From Somniosus microcephalus (Eukaryota): a DNA stretch of 64,000 nucleotides. Under the pieces are notes generated by a model. The model saw nothing but the letters and a program-made list of their open reading frames with translations, searched no databases and was not told the origin of the DNA. The stretch covers positions 184,264,001 to 184,328,000 of the forward strand of contig CM126205.1 of the NCBI GenBank assembly GCA_052327205.1, given 5' to 3'. How positions within the stretch are numbered: the first letter of the stretch is position 1; each line of letters opens with the position of its first letter. Both the position numbers and the translations under genes were made by a program. Positions 36,015-48,660 of this stretch are shown piece after piece.

Positions 36015-37810
36015 TGAGATAAAGTCAGCATTCCAGTCGCCTTTTTGATTACTTTTTGTACCTATACACTGGCTTTTAATGATCTGTGAACATGGACACC
36101 CTGATCCCTTTGATCCACCAAAGCTCCCAGTCTCTAGCCATTTAGAAAATATTCTGTTTTCTCTTTCTCGGGTCCAAAGTGGATGACCTCACATTTCCCC
36201 ACATTGAACTCCATCTGCCACAGTTTTGACCACTCACTTAATCTGTATGTCCCTTTGTAACTCCTTCCTCCCATCTACACAACTTGCCATATACCTCCTA
36301 ACTTAGTGTCAACTGCAAACTTGGACACAGATCATAGAGTGATACAGCACAGAAGGAGGCCATTCGGCCCATTGTACCTGTGCCGGCTCTTTGGTAGAGC
36401 TAGCCAGTTAATCCTACTCCCCTGCTCTTTCCCCATAGCCCTGTAAATGCTTCCCCTTCAAGTATTTATTCAAATAGGATATAGATTTTTATATCAATTA
36501 TTTTCTGCTTAATTGTATTTAAAACTTTGTTAAAATATTTAGGGAAATATAATTTATTTTGTTCCATATGGGGAGTTCCATTCATTTTGTGCTGAGCTCG
36601 ATAATACAATAATGTTCACAAAAGGATATTGAAGAAATATACTTGAGAATAAGATTCTACCAGCGTTTCACTTCCAGTATCCAAGTTAATACATTCACAC
36701 CACTAATTCAATCCTTAGCTAGTTACATAGATGACAAAAGCCAGGGGTCACCAGCAAACAGCCAACTTGTATATCTAAAGCGCATGTGGTTTATAACATT
36801 CAACAATAACAAAATAACCACTGTCCTCTCATTTCCAGTTGTCCATTATTTTCAAATAATAAAGATGCTGGAAATCATGGGGCAATTCCATTGTACCTTT
36901 TCCCGAGAGATAGCCGGTACCATGGCTGACATGATCGTCAGGATTTATATATTGCAATCCCTGCGAGTTCGTAGAGCGATAAATAATCGTCGAGAAAGTA
37001 AATTGATTGTACCAAGGATATACTTATTTCCATAACCATCGTCACTCTATAGTGGCATGCGACAGCTGGGTACATGTATACACCGAGGCATCTCTTACTT
37101 ATTTCCAAAGCAGAAGGCAGCGTGTACAACAGCTGAGTGCTGCCCTTCCAGCAAGTCACCTCGGGCCCTGTCACCAACACTCCTGACGCTGGCTCAGCTC
37201 GGGCCTTCAGTGTAGTGATGAGCAGACTGCACCGCGAGGGATGCGGAAGCTCCACATGGAATGAAACTTCATACTGAAGACCAATAAGGAGCAGCGGGAA
37301 GGGGCAATGTGAGAACGCTCGTGGCGCCAGCACCCCGGGCAGTGACGGCCTGGAGCCCGTTCAAATCCTCTGGCATTATGGCACAGCGCGACGGTCTTCC
37401 TGCTCCAGTCGCCAGCCGCGGCTCTTCCCGGGAATCCTGTGCCCTGAAGCCTTCCTCCCCTGGTCCCACTGCAGAGGCGCACAGGCTCCTGCTGGAACTC
37501 GCGCGTCCAATGCTCTGGCGTAAATTGCACCTTCTCCCTAAAAGCTCCAATCTCTACCTGATTTCTTTTCCTTCCCGTTCTCAAACTCTACTCATATTAA
37601 TAATATATATAGTGAAAAGCTGAGGACCCAGTACATATCCCTGGTGAACAACACTTGCCACATTCTGCCAGCCAATCGGAGAATATCCCTACTTTCTGCC
37701 TCGCCTCCTACCAACCAACCAATTCCCAACCCATTACCTCTAAGCATATGCGCGCTCACTTTTGCTAATGATCTCTTGTGCGGAACCTTATCAATGCCTT
37801 CTAGAAGTCT
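36015..37810 (-). mobile_element. CR1 RT fragment split by a 1.26-kb insert (36331-~37590)
   Basis: CR1 minus-strand sequence stops at ...GCAAACTTGGACAC (36328) and resumes at about 37595 (ATATATAGTGAAAAGCTGAGGACCCAG, complement of the GPQLFTIYI region). Confidence 0.7.
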
Positions 37811-37849
37811 ATCACAGCACTAGACTATCCTGTGGGTTCTATTAAGACA

Positions 37850-40690
37850 AAATCCATATGGATAGAGTTAAGAAATAAGAAGGGAAATGGTGCAATTCTC
37901 GGTGTGCATTACAAGTAACCAACCAGTGGAGATAAGATGGGGCGAGATCTGGACAGTTCAGAAAGAGAGAGATGCAAGAGCAACCGGGCAATAATACTGG
38001 GTGATTTTAACGATCCCAAGTTAGACTGAAATAATAAAGGTAATATGGGTGGGCAAAGTGGGGACTAATTCCTAGATCAGTCTGTTTCTAGTCCAACAAG
38101 CACGAAGCATTGCTTGATTTTGTTCTAGGAAATTAAATGGGCAAATAACTGATATGAGAGCAGGAGAACAATTGGGAAACAGCAGCAATATCATAATTAG
38201 GTCCAATATAAGAATTGAAAATTAGAATGAAGAGAAAGGTAAGTGTGCTGGACTAGAAAAAGGCAAAGTTCAGTGACATAAGAGGGGATCTGGAACAAAT
38301 TAGCTGGGCAGCAAAGTTAGCAGACAGGATCATGGATTGGCAGTGGGAAAGCTTCAAATACAAGACAAAAATAGTATGAAATAAATATATTCCTATAAGC
38401 CAGAGGTAGGTTTAACAAGATACATCAAGGAATAAATAGAGAAATTTAAACCAAACTAAAACTATTATATTATCTGCTAGCCTTTTTTCACATCACCTTT
38501 TAATCTCCCTTTTCCCCTCCCCATTAGACTTTCTATACTCATCATGATTATCTTTAGTATTATTAGCACTACCTTTATCATGTCTCTCTCTCTCTTGTAA
38601 GTTTCAGTTTAGTTTAAATCTCTCTATCTTTCCACAGAACATTATCCTTAGATAAAGCCATAAAAATGGCAGCAGCATTTAGAGTTTGATAAATAGAGAA
38701 TGCAGGAGTAAATAAGTAACAATAGATTTATACAAATGATTGGTTAGGCCACAGTTCGAGTATTGTGTGCAGGTTTGGGAGCCCCATTGTAGAAAGGACA
38801 TTAAAGCCATAGACAGCGTACAGCACAGATTCACTAGGTTGATGCCAGGGATGGGAAACTATAGTTATGAGGAGAGACTTGAGATACTGGGACTGTTTCC
38901 ACTGGAGCCGAGAGAGATAAGAGATTTAACAGAGGTTCTTAAAACTATGAAATTTTTTTATTCTGTGAATGTGGAAGGACTATTTCCCGTGGTTGGGGAG
39001 TCAGAGATGAGGCTCATTAATTTAATATTGACACTGAGAGTGAAGAGGGAGAAATTTCTTTATACAGAGGGTTGTTGGAGCATGGAATGCTTTGCCAAGG
39101 GAGTGGTTGAGGCAGATCTTATAGTATCTTCTAAAGGAAATAATTGAAGCAGAGGAAGATGAATTTCGCTCCCAATGAAATGGAATGTGGTTATACTAGG
39201 ACACGCAACTCCTGCATGGCCTGGAAAGAAGGGAGAATAGGGACATATTCTCTGGGAGAGCTAAAAAAAAGCAACAACGTGTTACAAAGAAATTAATAGC
39301 TGCAATATGGGAATATTAAAAAAACATGCAAGTGATATCAAAGCTAACAGCAAAAGTTTTTATGTTGCTAACTATATTAAGGGAAAGAGAGCAGTAAAGG
39401 GGAATGTGGACCCATGAAAGACAGATGCAGGTGAGATCATAATGATTTATAAGGAAATGGGAGACTTGTTAGATGAATACTTTGTATCTGTTTTCACAGT
39501 GGAGGGAGAGGACAAAATACCAGGGAACCTAAAAAAATAAGTCAGAGGTACTTAATGGATTTAATATAAATTTTTTAAATGGTAATGGAGAAAATAATGG
39601 GACTTAATATAGGCAAATCTCCAGGACCTTCTAGTTTCCACCCTAGGGTATTAAAATAAACTGCAGATGCATTAGTCATAATTTAAGAATTGTGTCCTTG
39701 GATTGGAAAATTTCAAAATTTCACTCCATTATTTAAGAAGGGAGCGAGGGAGAAACCAGGTAACTATTGACCCATCGATTTAACAGTTGTGGGGAAGTTA
39801 CTGGAATTTATCATTAGATAGAGAATGACTAAACACTTGGACAAATATAAGATGATCAAAAAGAGTCAGCATGAATGTGTGAAGGGGAGATCATGTCTGA
39901 CTAATCTAGTTGAAGTTTTGAGGAGGTCACTAGCATAATAGATGGGGAAATGCCTACGGATGTTGTCTATATGGACTTGCAGAAGGCAATGGATAAGGTT
40001 CCACATAAGAGCTTATTTACAAAAATGAAGGCATATGTATTTGGAGGTAACCTTGTGGGGGGTGGTAATTGGTTAGGAGGTAGGAGATAGAGAGTAGGGA
40101 TTAAGGGAACATTCTCTGATTGGTGGGATGTGACAAGTGGTGTTCCTCAGGGATCTGTACGAGGGCCTCAGCTTTTTAACCATATAGATCAATGACTTGG
40201 ATGCAAGATTAGAGAGTCCTATATCCAAGTTTGCAGGTAACACTGTTAGGAGGCACAGTAAGTTGTGTCGATTGGAGCAGGAAGTTATAAAGGCATATAG
40301 ACAGACTAAGTAAGTGGGCAAAACTGTGCCAGATGGAGTTCAATGTAGGGAAGTGTGAGGTCATCCCCTTTGGATCCAAGAAAGACAAATCGGAATATTT
40401 TCTTAATGGTGACGAAGAGCTGTGGAAGAGGAAAGGGATTTAGATGTCAATCTACACAGATCACTAAAAGCTAGTGTACAAGTACAAAAGTAATCAAAAA
40501 GGCTAATGAAATATTGGCCTTTATCTCTAGGGGGCTAGATTAGAAAAGGAAAGAGGTGATACTTCAGTTGTATAGAGCCTTGGTGAGACCCCAACTGGAG
40601 TATTGTGTTCAGTTTGGACACCGAACCTCAGGAAGGATATATTGGCCTTGCAGGGGGTACAGTGCAGAGTCACCAGAACGATACCGGGGC
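37850..40690 (+). mobile_element. Cluster of decayed CR1 LINE fragments
   Basis: ILGDFN-like region near 38000, VRPQFEYCVQVWEPH (38740), GGTGTTCCTCAGGGATCTG (GVPQGS) at about 40139, GTGAGACCCCAACTGGAGTATTGTG at about 40583. Confidence 0.8.
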
Positions 40691-40900
40691 TACAATGATT
40701 CTTGAGACTCTTGCTGGGCTATATTGCAAGGTTTATTCAGGCACCTAAAACAAGTCTTCAGAATGCTTATAGTCTGCTCTATAACACTACTTGTAGTGCA
40801 ACGAGTTTCATTATATCTGTTGCCCCCCTCTGTCTGTGAAGTCTTACTGGAGTCATCAGCCATGACTATCCTGATCATCAACCAACCATCCTGATAGATG
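40690..40900 (-). mobile_element. PIF/Harbinger (HARBI1-like) transposase C-terminal fragment
   Basis: RYNETRCTTSSVIEQTISILKTCFRCL resembles the Harbinger motif YN..H..TR..IE..IG.LK.RFRCL. Confidence 0.7.
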
Positions 40901-41049
40901 GCTCTGAGTCATGAGGGCTGATATACATAGAAGTTACAACACAGAAACAGGCCATTTGACCCAACTAGTTCATTTTTGTTTGTTTTTATCCCCCACATGA
41001 GCAAATAGTTTAAATCACATTTACCCATCCTGTTCTTATATCCCTTCAT

Positions 41050-41318
41050 AGAAAGAAAGACTTGCATTTATACAGCACCTTTCACAACCACCAGACATCC
41101 CAAAGCACTTTACAGCCAATGAAGTACTTTTTGAAGTGTAGTTACTGTTATAATGTAGGGAAATGCGGCAGCTAATTTCCGCACAGCAAGCTCCCACAAA
41201 CAGCAATGTGATAATGACCAGATAACCTGTTTTTTTTATGTTGCTTGAGGGATAAATATAAATAACTCCCCTGCTCTTCTTCGAAATAGTGCCATGGGAT
41301 CTTTTTTACATCCACCTG
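41050..41318 (-). mobile_element. DeuSINE (SacSINE1/AmnSINE-like) fragment
   Basis: Deu-core complement CTCCCCTGCTCTTCTTCGAAATAGTGCCATGGGATCTTT and L2-like tail AAAGACTTGCATTTATACAGC. Confidence 0.8.
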
Positions 41319-41432
41319 TAGCCCCAGTATCCTTCCCTTTTCCTTCATCCACCTCACCAATCTATTCTTGAATGCTGACATTGTTTCTTCCTCAACCACT
41401 GACCCTGGAAGTGAATTCAAGAGCCTCACAAC

Positions 41433-41703
41433 CAACGTTCCCTCTCATTTATTTTTCATGCGTGGTCCCTTTAAATTTGCAGTGCAGCTGCGCCAGCATG
41501 GTATCTTTCAGCGGCAACGGCTTGTGAGCGGCTTGTGCAGGGCCTCCAGATTAACATAGAAACATAGAAGATAGGAGCAGGAGTAGGCCATTTGGCCCCT
41601 CGAGCCTGCTCCGCCATTCAATGCGATCATGGCTGATCATCCAATTTCAGTACCCGGTCCCTGCTTGATTGATGTGTGCCCGCGTACCTTAGGGGGAACA
41701 TTG
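41433..41703. mobile_element. hAT-type MITE with a nested CR1 3' fragment
   Basis: Imperfect TIR CAACGTTCCCTCT...AGGGGGAACATTG; perfect 8-bp TSD CTCACAAC (41425-41432 and 41704-41711). Confidence 0.85.
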
Positions 41704-41744
41704 CTCACAACTCTGCAGAAGTTTCTCTTGATCTCTGCTCTGAA

Positions 41745-42585
41745 TCAATTCAATTCAATTCAAATCGCTTTATTGGCATGACAAGTTACATCTTATGTTG
41801 CCAAAGCATCGAAAAACATTCATGTTTGTACACAAAAATACAGATCTATCCATACAGTGTATAAACAGATATATCCCTGAGTGTATAAATATACTTTCAT
41901 ATAATTTATATATACTCTTTTCTTTTATTTAGTGGTTGTCCCTCTGTTTATGGCAAGCTGTAACATAGTGTGCCGCTAGTGTTACACAATTTCTCTCTTC
42001 CCCTAGTAGGTATGGGAGTTTTTGGTCATCATTCAAATTTCTGAATTCCGGGCATATTTTTGTGAATTTTGGGTAGAAATTCTCCCTTATGCCCTGATAC
42101 TTTCTACAAGCTGTGAGGAAGTGCATCTCTGTCTCTACCACTCCCTGACTGCAGTGAGAGCACATCCTGTCCTCTCTTGGTAGCCGGGTCTGCCTGTGTC
42201 TACCTTTTTCGATCGCCAGGCTATGTTCACTAAGTCTGTACATTGTCAAGGTTTTTCTCAGTTTGCTATCCTTTACCATGGTCAGGTAATCAGCCATGTT
42301 GTATTGTCTGTTTAGGGCCAAGTAGCAATTGAGTTTGCTTTGGGTTTTTGTTGTTTCTGCCCAATATGACAGATATTTTTCCTTTTGCTTAGCGACGATT
42401 GTGTTGGGTCGAATTCTTTGTGTTACGCTGTCACTGTCCTGGGGCTGGTTATTGTTAGTAGTGTTAGTAGTTACTTCACTGAGTCCCAAGACTAGTTGAC
42501 TGAGGGTATTCTTCTTTATGGTCCTCTCTTGGCATTTCAGGGCGTCGTAATGATAGCATTGGGGGTTGCTCTTTAAATCTTGCAT
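41745..42585 (-). mobile_element. RTE-X-like LINE, 5'-truncated, uninterrupted 218-aa C-terminal ORF
   Basis: YRLSEHSLAIEKGRH..PREDRMCSHCSQGVVETEMHFLTAC (CCHC-like C-terminus); 3' end GCTTTGGCAAC...CATGCCAATAAAGCG followed by (ATTGA)n. Confidence 0.75.
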
Positions 42586-42589
42586 CTGT

Positions 42590-44960
42590 GGACCCTCGTT
42601 CTTGACCCCTCAACTATTGGAGATGGTCTGTTTCTATCTACCCCCATCCTATCCTTTCATCATTTTAAACACTTATTATATCACCCTTTAATCTGTGTTG
42701 TTCTAATGAAAATAATACCCAGTTTTTAAAGTCTTTCTTTGTATTTGTATTTCCTCATACCAGGCAGCATCTTAGTAAATCTGAGTGGTACCCTCTCTAA
42801 AGCCTCAATATACTTCCTATAGCGTGGAGCCAAATACTGCACACAGTCCTCCAACTGGGGTATAATTTAAAGCTTTATATAGGCTCATCATTGCCTCTTG
42901 GCTTTTATATTATATACCTTGTGATAAAACCTGCAATTTAATTTCTTACGGCCTTAACAACCTGAAGTGCTGGTTCTTTCTACCCTGACCCATCCTTTTC
43001 TAATTTTTAAAATTTCTATCCTATTTTGTCATAATCTGTATCATTCTAATGAAAAAAGATCCAATTTTTCAAGTCTTTCTTTCATATTTGTGTTTCCTCA
43101 TATCAGGCAGCATCCTAGTGAATCTGTGTTTTACCTTCTTTAAACCCTCAATATGCTTCTTATAGTGTGGATCCCAATACTGAACGCAATACTCCAACTG
43201 AGGTCTTATTAAGGTTTTATATAGGCTCATAAATGCCTCTTAGAGAGGGAGAGAGGGAAGGAGATAGAGAAGAGAGGAAGACACCCCGGGGAAGGGGCTG
43301 GACTCAGAGCCCGGCGGGTGAAGAAGGGCGGCCGCCATTTTGTGAGGTCGGGGGGAAGTTTGAATTGTGGCGGCTGAAGAAGGCGAGCTCTCCCTCCCTC
43401 TCCCACCCCTTCACACTTTCCCTCCCTCACCCTGTCTCTCTCCCTCCCCCTCTCTCTCTCCCCTCTCTCTCTCTCCCTGCCCCTCTCTCTCTCCCTCCCT
43501 CTCTCTCCCTCCGACTCACCTCGGTACCAGAACGGAGTCAGTCCGACACCAGGAGGCCGGGTGCCCATCGCTCAGAAGCGAGCCCGGGGTTCCTCATGTT
43601 TAACCAGGCGGGCCTTTGGACCTGGTTGGCCGGGCGGCAGTCAAAGGCCTTTCTCTCCGGACTCCCATGTCCAAGAGGCCGGCCGGTGAAGAAGAGCGGC
43701 CGCCATTTTGTGAGGTCGGCGGGAGAGAGAGAGAGAGAGAGAAGGAGAGAGAGAGCCGCCGCTCCTCCGGTCGATGTGTTGCGGGCCGACCCCTGATGAG
43801 CGCCCGATCCGCTGAGCCGGAGCCCTCTCCACTGCTCGCTGTCTCTCGGGCCGTGTAGTTCTCTGTTGTTCCCGCGCAGCCGGCCAGAGAGAAGAAAAAC
43901 AAAAGAGATGAAGAGAGACGCGACTGAGTGAACAATCTAATTTAAAGCAGCCTCTCCCCCGCTAAAAGGTGAGAGCCGGAGGGAGATTTTGCGGGTGAAG
44001 AAGGGCGGCCACCAGCGCTTCAGGCCCGGCTGGTCTTTAATGGCCGCCACTCACCTCAGCTCAGCTCCCACTCGGCAGTTTGAAGGATTGGCCCCGCCCA
44101 CAAACACCATGAAATGCGCCCCCCCCCCCAATTGGTCAACCATCACGTCACTCAACGCTAATGAGCCGTAGGATTGGTCAACCGCTAATGAGCGGATTTT
44201 TGAAAGTTTTTTGTATACTGTCCGAACAATTTTTGTCTGACCAAAAAGTAAATACGCCTATGACACTCCCCTGATCATCAGCTTTCTTTTGATATAACAT
44301 ATGTGTAGGTACGCTCTAACTTTTGAGTGTATAGCGGACATAAAAAAGCAGACAGACAGACAGTTCTTGTGATAAAACCTACAATTCCATTAGGTTTTTT
44401 ACAGCCTTATCAGCCTGAGGTGCTGCCTTTAGTGACATGTGAACTTGTCCCCTCTAAATCCCTCTGCTCTCCCACAGCACCAATTCTACTTCCATTCACT
44501 GTATAAATACTGCTTTTTTTTTAACCAATATGTATCACCTCACACTTACTGACATTAAATTCCATCTGCCACTTTTTAGCCTATTCCCCAATTTATCAAA
44601 GTGCCTTTATAGCTTCCTTTAATCTTCTAAAGAATTAACTGTACCTCCTATTTGGGTAACATCTGTAAATTTCCATACCACTCCGTCAAGGCCTATATCT
44701 AAATCATTGATACCCACAGTGAACGGTCGTGGCCCCAGAACTGAACCCCTGGACACCACTACCCACAGCTCTGAAAAACTGCTCTTAACTCTGCTCTGGT
44801 TTCCTCCCTTCAAACCAATCTTGAATCCAATTTTTTGCACACCCCCCACCTCCTCCCTGCCCAAAAAAAAATCCATATCCTTTAATCTTCTTTAGTAATC
44901 TCCCAAATGGTACCTTGCCAAAGGCTTTCCTAAAGTTCACGTACACTACATCACTACAGG
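42590..44960 (-). mobile_element. Decayed CR1 (minus) host element with internal duplication, interrupted at 43242-44364
   Basis: VSRGSVLGPRPFTVGINDL (44619-44876); segment 42640-42970 repeated at about 43000-43241. Confidence 0.7.
43242..44364. mobile_element. GC-rich insert with promoter-like motifs and a Helitron/Helentron-like (GACA)n end
   Basis: Interrupts CR1 sequence. Internal repeats GGTGAAGAAG.GCGGCCGCCATTTTGTGAGGTCGG; end ...AAAAAGTAAATACGCCTATGACACTCCCC...GCGGACAT...CAGACAGACAGACAG. Family call from resemblance only. Confidence 0.45.
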
Positions 44961-45313
44961 GCTAGACAGACTGGATGCAGGGAGAATGCTTCCCCTGGCT
45001 GGGGGGTCTAGAACGAGGGGTCACAGTCTCAGGATACGGGGTAGGACATTTAGGACTGAGATGAGGAGAAATTTCTTCACTCAGAGGGGTAGTGAACCTG
45101 TGGAATTCTCTACTACAGAAGGCTGTGGAGGCCAAGTCACTGAATATATTTAAGAAGGAGATAGATAGATTTCTAGACACAAAAGGCATCAAGGGTATGG
45201 GGAGAGAGTGGGAATATGGTATTGATAGAGGATCAGCCATGATCATACTGAATGGCAGAGCAGGCTCGAAGGGCCGAATGGCCTACTCCTGCTCCTATTT
45301 TTCTATGTTTCTA
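44960..45313 (+). mobile_element. CR1 LINE 3' end
   Basis: NLWNSLLQKAVEA; tail GAATGGCCTACTCCTGCTCCTATTTTTCTATGTTTCTAT. Confidence 0.85.
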
Positions 45314-45459
45314 TCCACAGAATTTCCCCCATCAATCATATCTGTTACCTCCTCAAAGAATTCTGAGGTTTATTGAGCATGATTGTCCCTTTTGAAATCC
45401 AGGCTGGCGACTTCTATTTTCTCTTTATCTAGATAGATGGTAATTTCATCTTTAATTAA

Positions 45460-46988
45460 TGGGGCCTCAGCTATTTACAATCTATATTAATGACTTAGAT
45501 GAAGGGACTAAGTGTAATGTATCCAAGTTTTATGACAATACCAAGCTAGGTGGGAAAGTAAGCTGTGAGGAGGACACAAAGAGCCTACAAAGGAGTATAG
45601 ACCGGTTAAGTGAGTGGGCAATAAGGTGGCAGATCGAGTATAATGTGAAGTTATTCACTTTGGTAGGAAGAATAGGAAAACAGAGTGGGGGAGAAATTGG
45701 GTGAGTAGCGCCACCTGTTAGCGCCTAAAGAGGCAGTCAGTGGCTGTAGCGCCACTGGCTGCGTCTCCCGCGATATTAAGTAGGGGCGCTAATGGTGGCG
45801 TTAGGCTTTTGCGCTGCGCCGCCACCGATGACGTCATCGGTGTGCGCAGCGCCCCATTCGTGCCCCGTTCGCGATATTTGGTAGCGAACGCCGCAGTTGC
45901 GCCACTCGCTACCCGCGCCCGGCCTTACTGTGCCGGCAGCGGCGCAAGTTAAGGTGGAGGTGCGGGGCGGCCGCTTTTTCGGCGGCCGCCTGCCAGCACC
46001 TCCGTCCCCAGCCTCCTAACCGCCCCCTCCCACCTTGGTGCTGGGCTCATTTGCCGGCACTCGCGAGCGGGGATCGCGCTGTTGCATGCACCTCCCCCTT
46101 AACAGTGGGAGGAAGGCCTGCAGTACCGCAGCGTGGTGTGGCGCTGCGGCACGTTGCGCTGCGATAATCAGTTTCAGCGCCCTAAGAGGGACGCGGAGCG
46201 CCTCGAGCCTCGCCCCGTGTCCCTCGAGTGGCACTGAAACTGAATTTCTGGCGATCGGTATCACTCCGATTGCTGCGCTAAATCCTGCGCTCAGGCGACT
46301 TTTGCGCCACTTTGGCGCCCCAACCCAATTTCTAGGCCAGTATGTTTTAAATGGTGAGAAACTATTAAATGTTGGTGTTCAGAGGGATTTGGATGTCCTT
46401 GTACAGGAAACGCAGAAAGTTAAACATGCAGGTACAGCAAGCAATTAGGGAGGTAAATGGTATGTTGGCGTTTATTGCAAGGGAATAAGAGTACAAGTGT
46501 AATTGTTGCAATTGTGTAGGGCTTTGGTGAGACCACACCTGGAGTACTGTACACAATTTTGGTCTCCTTATCTGAAGAAGGACATACTTGCCATGGAGGC
46601 AGTGCAAAGAGGATTCACTAGATTGATTCCTGGGATGAGAGGGTTGTCCTACGAGGTGAGATTGAATAGAATGGGCCTATACTTTCTGCAGTTTAGAAGA
46701 GTGAGAGGTGATTTCATTGAAACATATAAGATTTTGAGATGTCTTGACGGGGTAAATGCTGAGGGGCTGTTGCCCCCGGCTGGAGAGTATACAACTAGTC
46801 TCAGGATAAGGGGGTCGGCCATTCAAGGCTGAGATTGCTAAATTTTTGGACTCTAATGAAATCAAGGGATATGGGAATCAGGCGGGAAAGTGGAGTTGAG
46901 GTTGAAGATCAGCCATGATCTTATTGAATGGCAGAGCAGGCTTGAAGGGCTGTATGGCCTACTCCTGCTACTAATTCTTATGTTCTTA
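45460..46988 (+). mobile_element. CR1 LINE 3' part interrupted by a Harbinger MITE
   Basis: [29 protein letters not shown]1 tail. Confidence 0.88.
45687..46338. mobile_element. PIF/Harbinger-type MITE (652 bp, CpG-rich)
   Basis: TIR GGGGGAGAAATTGGGT ... ACCCAATTTCTAGGCC; 3-bp TSD AGT (45684-45686 and 46339-46341); host CR1 reads through when it is removed. Confidence 0.85.
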
Positions 46989-46999
46989 ATTAAAAAAAC

Positions 47000-48660
47000 T
47001 AAAATTTTCTCCACCACAGATGTTAAACTAACTGACCTGTAATTACCCAGATTAGCTCTGTCTCCCTTTTTAAAACTGGGATTAAATTGGCCACTCTCCA
47101 GTCCTCCAGCACACATCCACTCTCCGTAGAGCCTGAAATATAATTCTCAGACCTCTTCAATTATCTCCCTCAGCATCCTAGAAGGTATCCTGTTGGGCTC
47201 TAGTGTTTTGTCTTCCTTTAGCTTAACTAACGTATCTAAAATTTTCCTTTCATCCATTAAAATGTCACTCATCTCACACTCAACCACTTCAGGATTCACC
47301 CCCTCTCTGATATCCTTCACTTTAATAAAGGCCGATGCAAAGAATTTATTGAACACCTCTGCCATTCTTTTTATCATCCCTACAAATTGACAAACCCCTT
47401 CTCTCGGGTCCCACCTCACTTTTAACAATTCTCTTTTCACTGATACATTTGTAAAATACATCACTATTCCTTTTGCTGTTTATTGGATTTTTCTTCATGC
47501 TCCCTCTTGGCTTTCCTTATCCTCTTATTTTCTCATATTCTCCTTTTAGTTTTTTCATTAGTATTCTTATAGTCCTCAGACCCTCTTCAATGTTAATTGC
47601 TTTTGAACATCTTTATTTATCCATGATATCCTGATGCCAATAGTAATTTCCTTTTTTTAATGGAATATACTTATTCTGTAACTTTGCAATCTCTTTTTCC
47701 AAAACAGTTCACTGTTGCCCTACAGATCTGTGCCAATTTCTCCTTCCACCTCACCTCAGCTAGCTCACTCATCTTTCTAAAATCTTCCCTAATCCAATAT
47801 GGCTTTCTAGTTTTTGTACTTTTTTTTTCCATTTCTAGCTGGATCTTAAACCTTAAGATATTGTGGTTACTGCTCCCAAGGTGCTTACCCACGTTTATCT
47901 CATCAACTTATCTATTTCATCGCTCATAACCAGATCTAACAACACTTCCACCCTTGAAGGCTGTCTAACATATTGCTCAAGGAAGGAGTCCTGTACAGTT
48001 CAGGAATTCCATTCCACTTCCTCCCTGTCCCAATTGATAATTAAAATCTCCCAGAACAATAATTTTATTATTCCTACTCACCCCACTCTAATCTGATTGC
48101 AGAATTCCTCTTGCATTTCCTTCCCACAATTTGGAGACCTGTAATACACCCTCCTCCCAACACTATTTATTTTCCTTTTCTTTTGTCTATGCTAAGTCTT
48201 TACTTCAGTCTTTTCCCCATTTAAAATGCGTACATTTGATTTTATTTCTCTACTCCAAATTCCTCCTGCTAAATTGCTTCCTGAATGCATATTATTATCC
48301 TCATTTATTTCTCCCTTCACTATTGGATGATTCTGGTTGATTTTATTTTCCCAGCCCCCTCATTCCTAATTTAAATCCTCATCACTTCCATATGTAACCG
48401 TTTTGTACCTTGGCAACCTCTCTGTTCAGATGTAGCCCACCCTTGTAGAATAGATTCTCTGTCCAAGAACTGGTGCCAATGTCCTACGAAATGGAATCTC
48501 TCTTCCTGATACCATGCTTTTAGCCAGGCATTGATTTCCCTAATCTTCCTGTCCTTCCCTATTCTATCACGTGGCTAAGGAAGTAATCCTGAGATTACCA
48601 TCTATGTAAATTACCATCTGTGACGTTCTACTCCTAAACTCATTTCTTAATCTCCTAAAT
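47000..48660 (-). mobile_element. Decayed CR1 LINE (ORF1/EN/linker)
   Basis: KHLGSSNHNILRF; AEVFNKFFASAF; FKKGDRANLGNYRSVSLTSVV. Confidence 0.8.
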
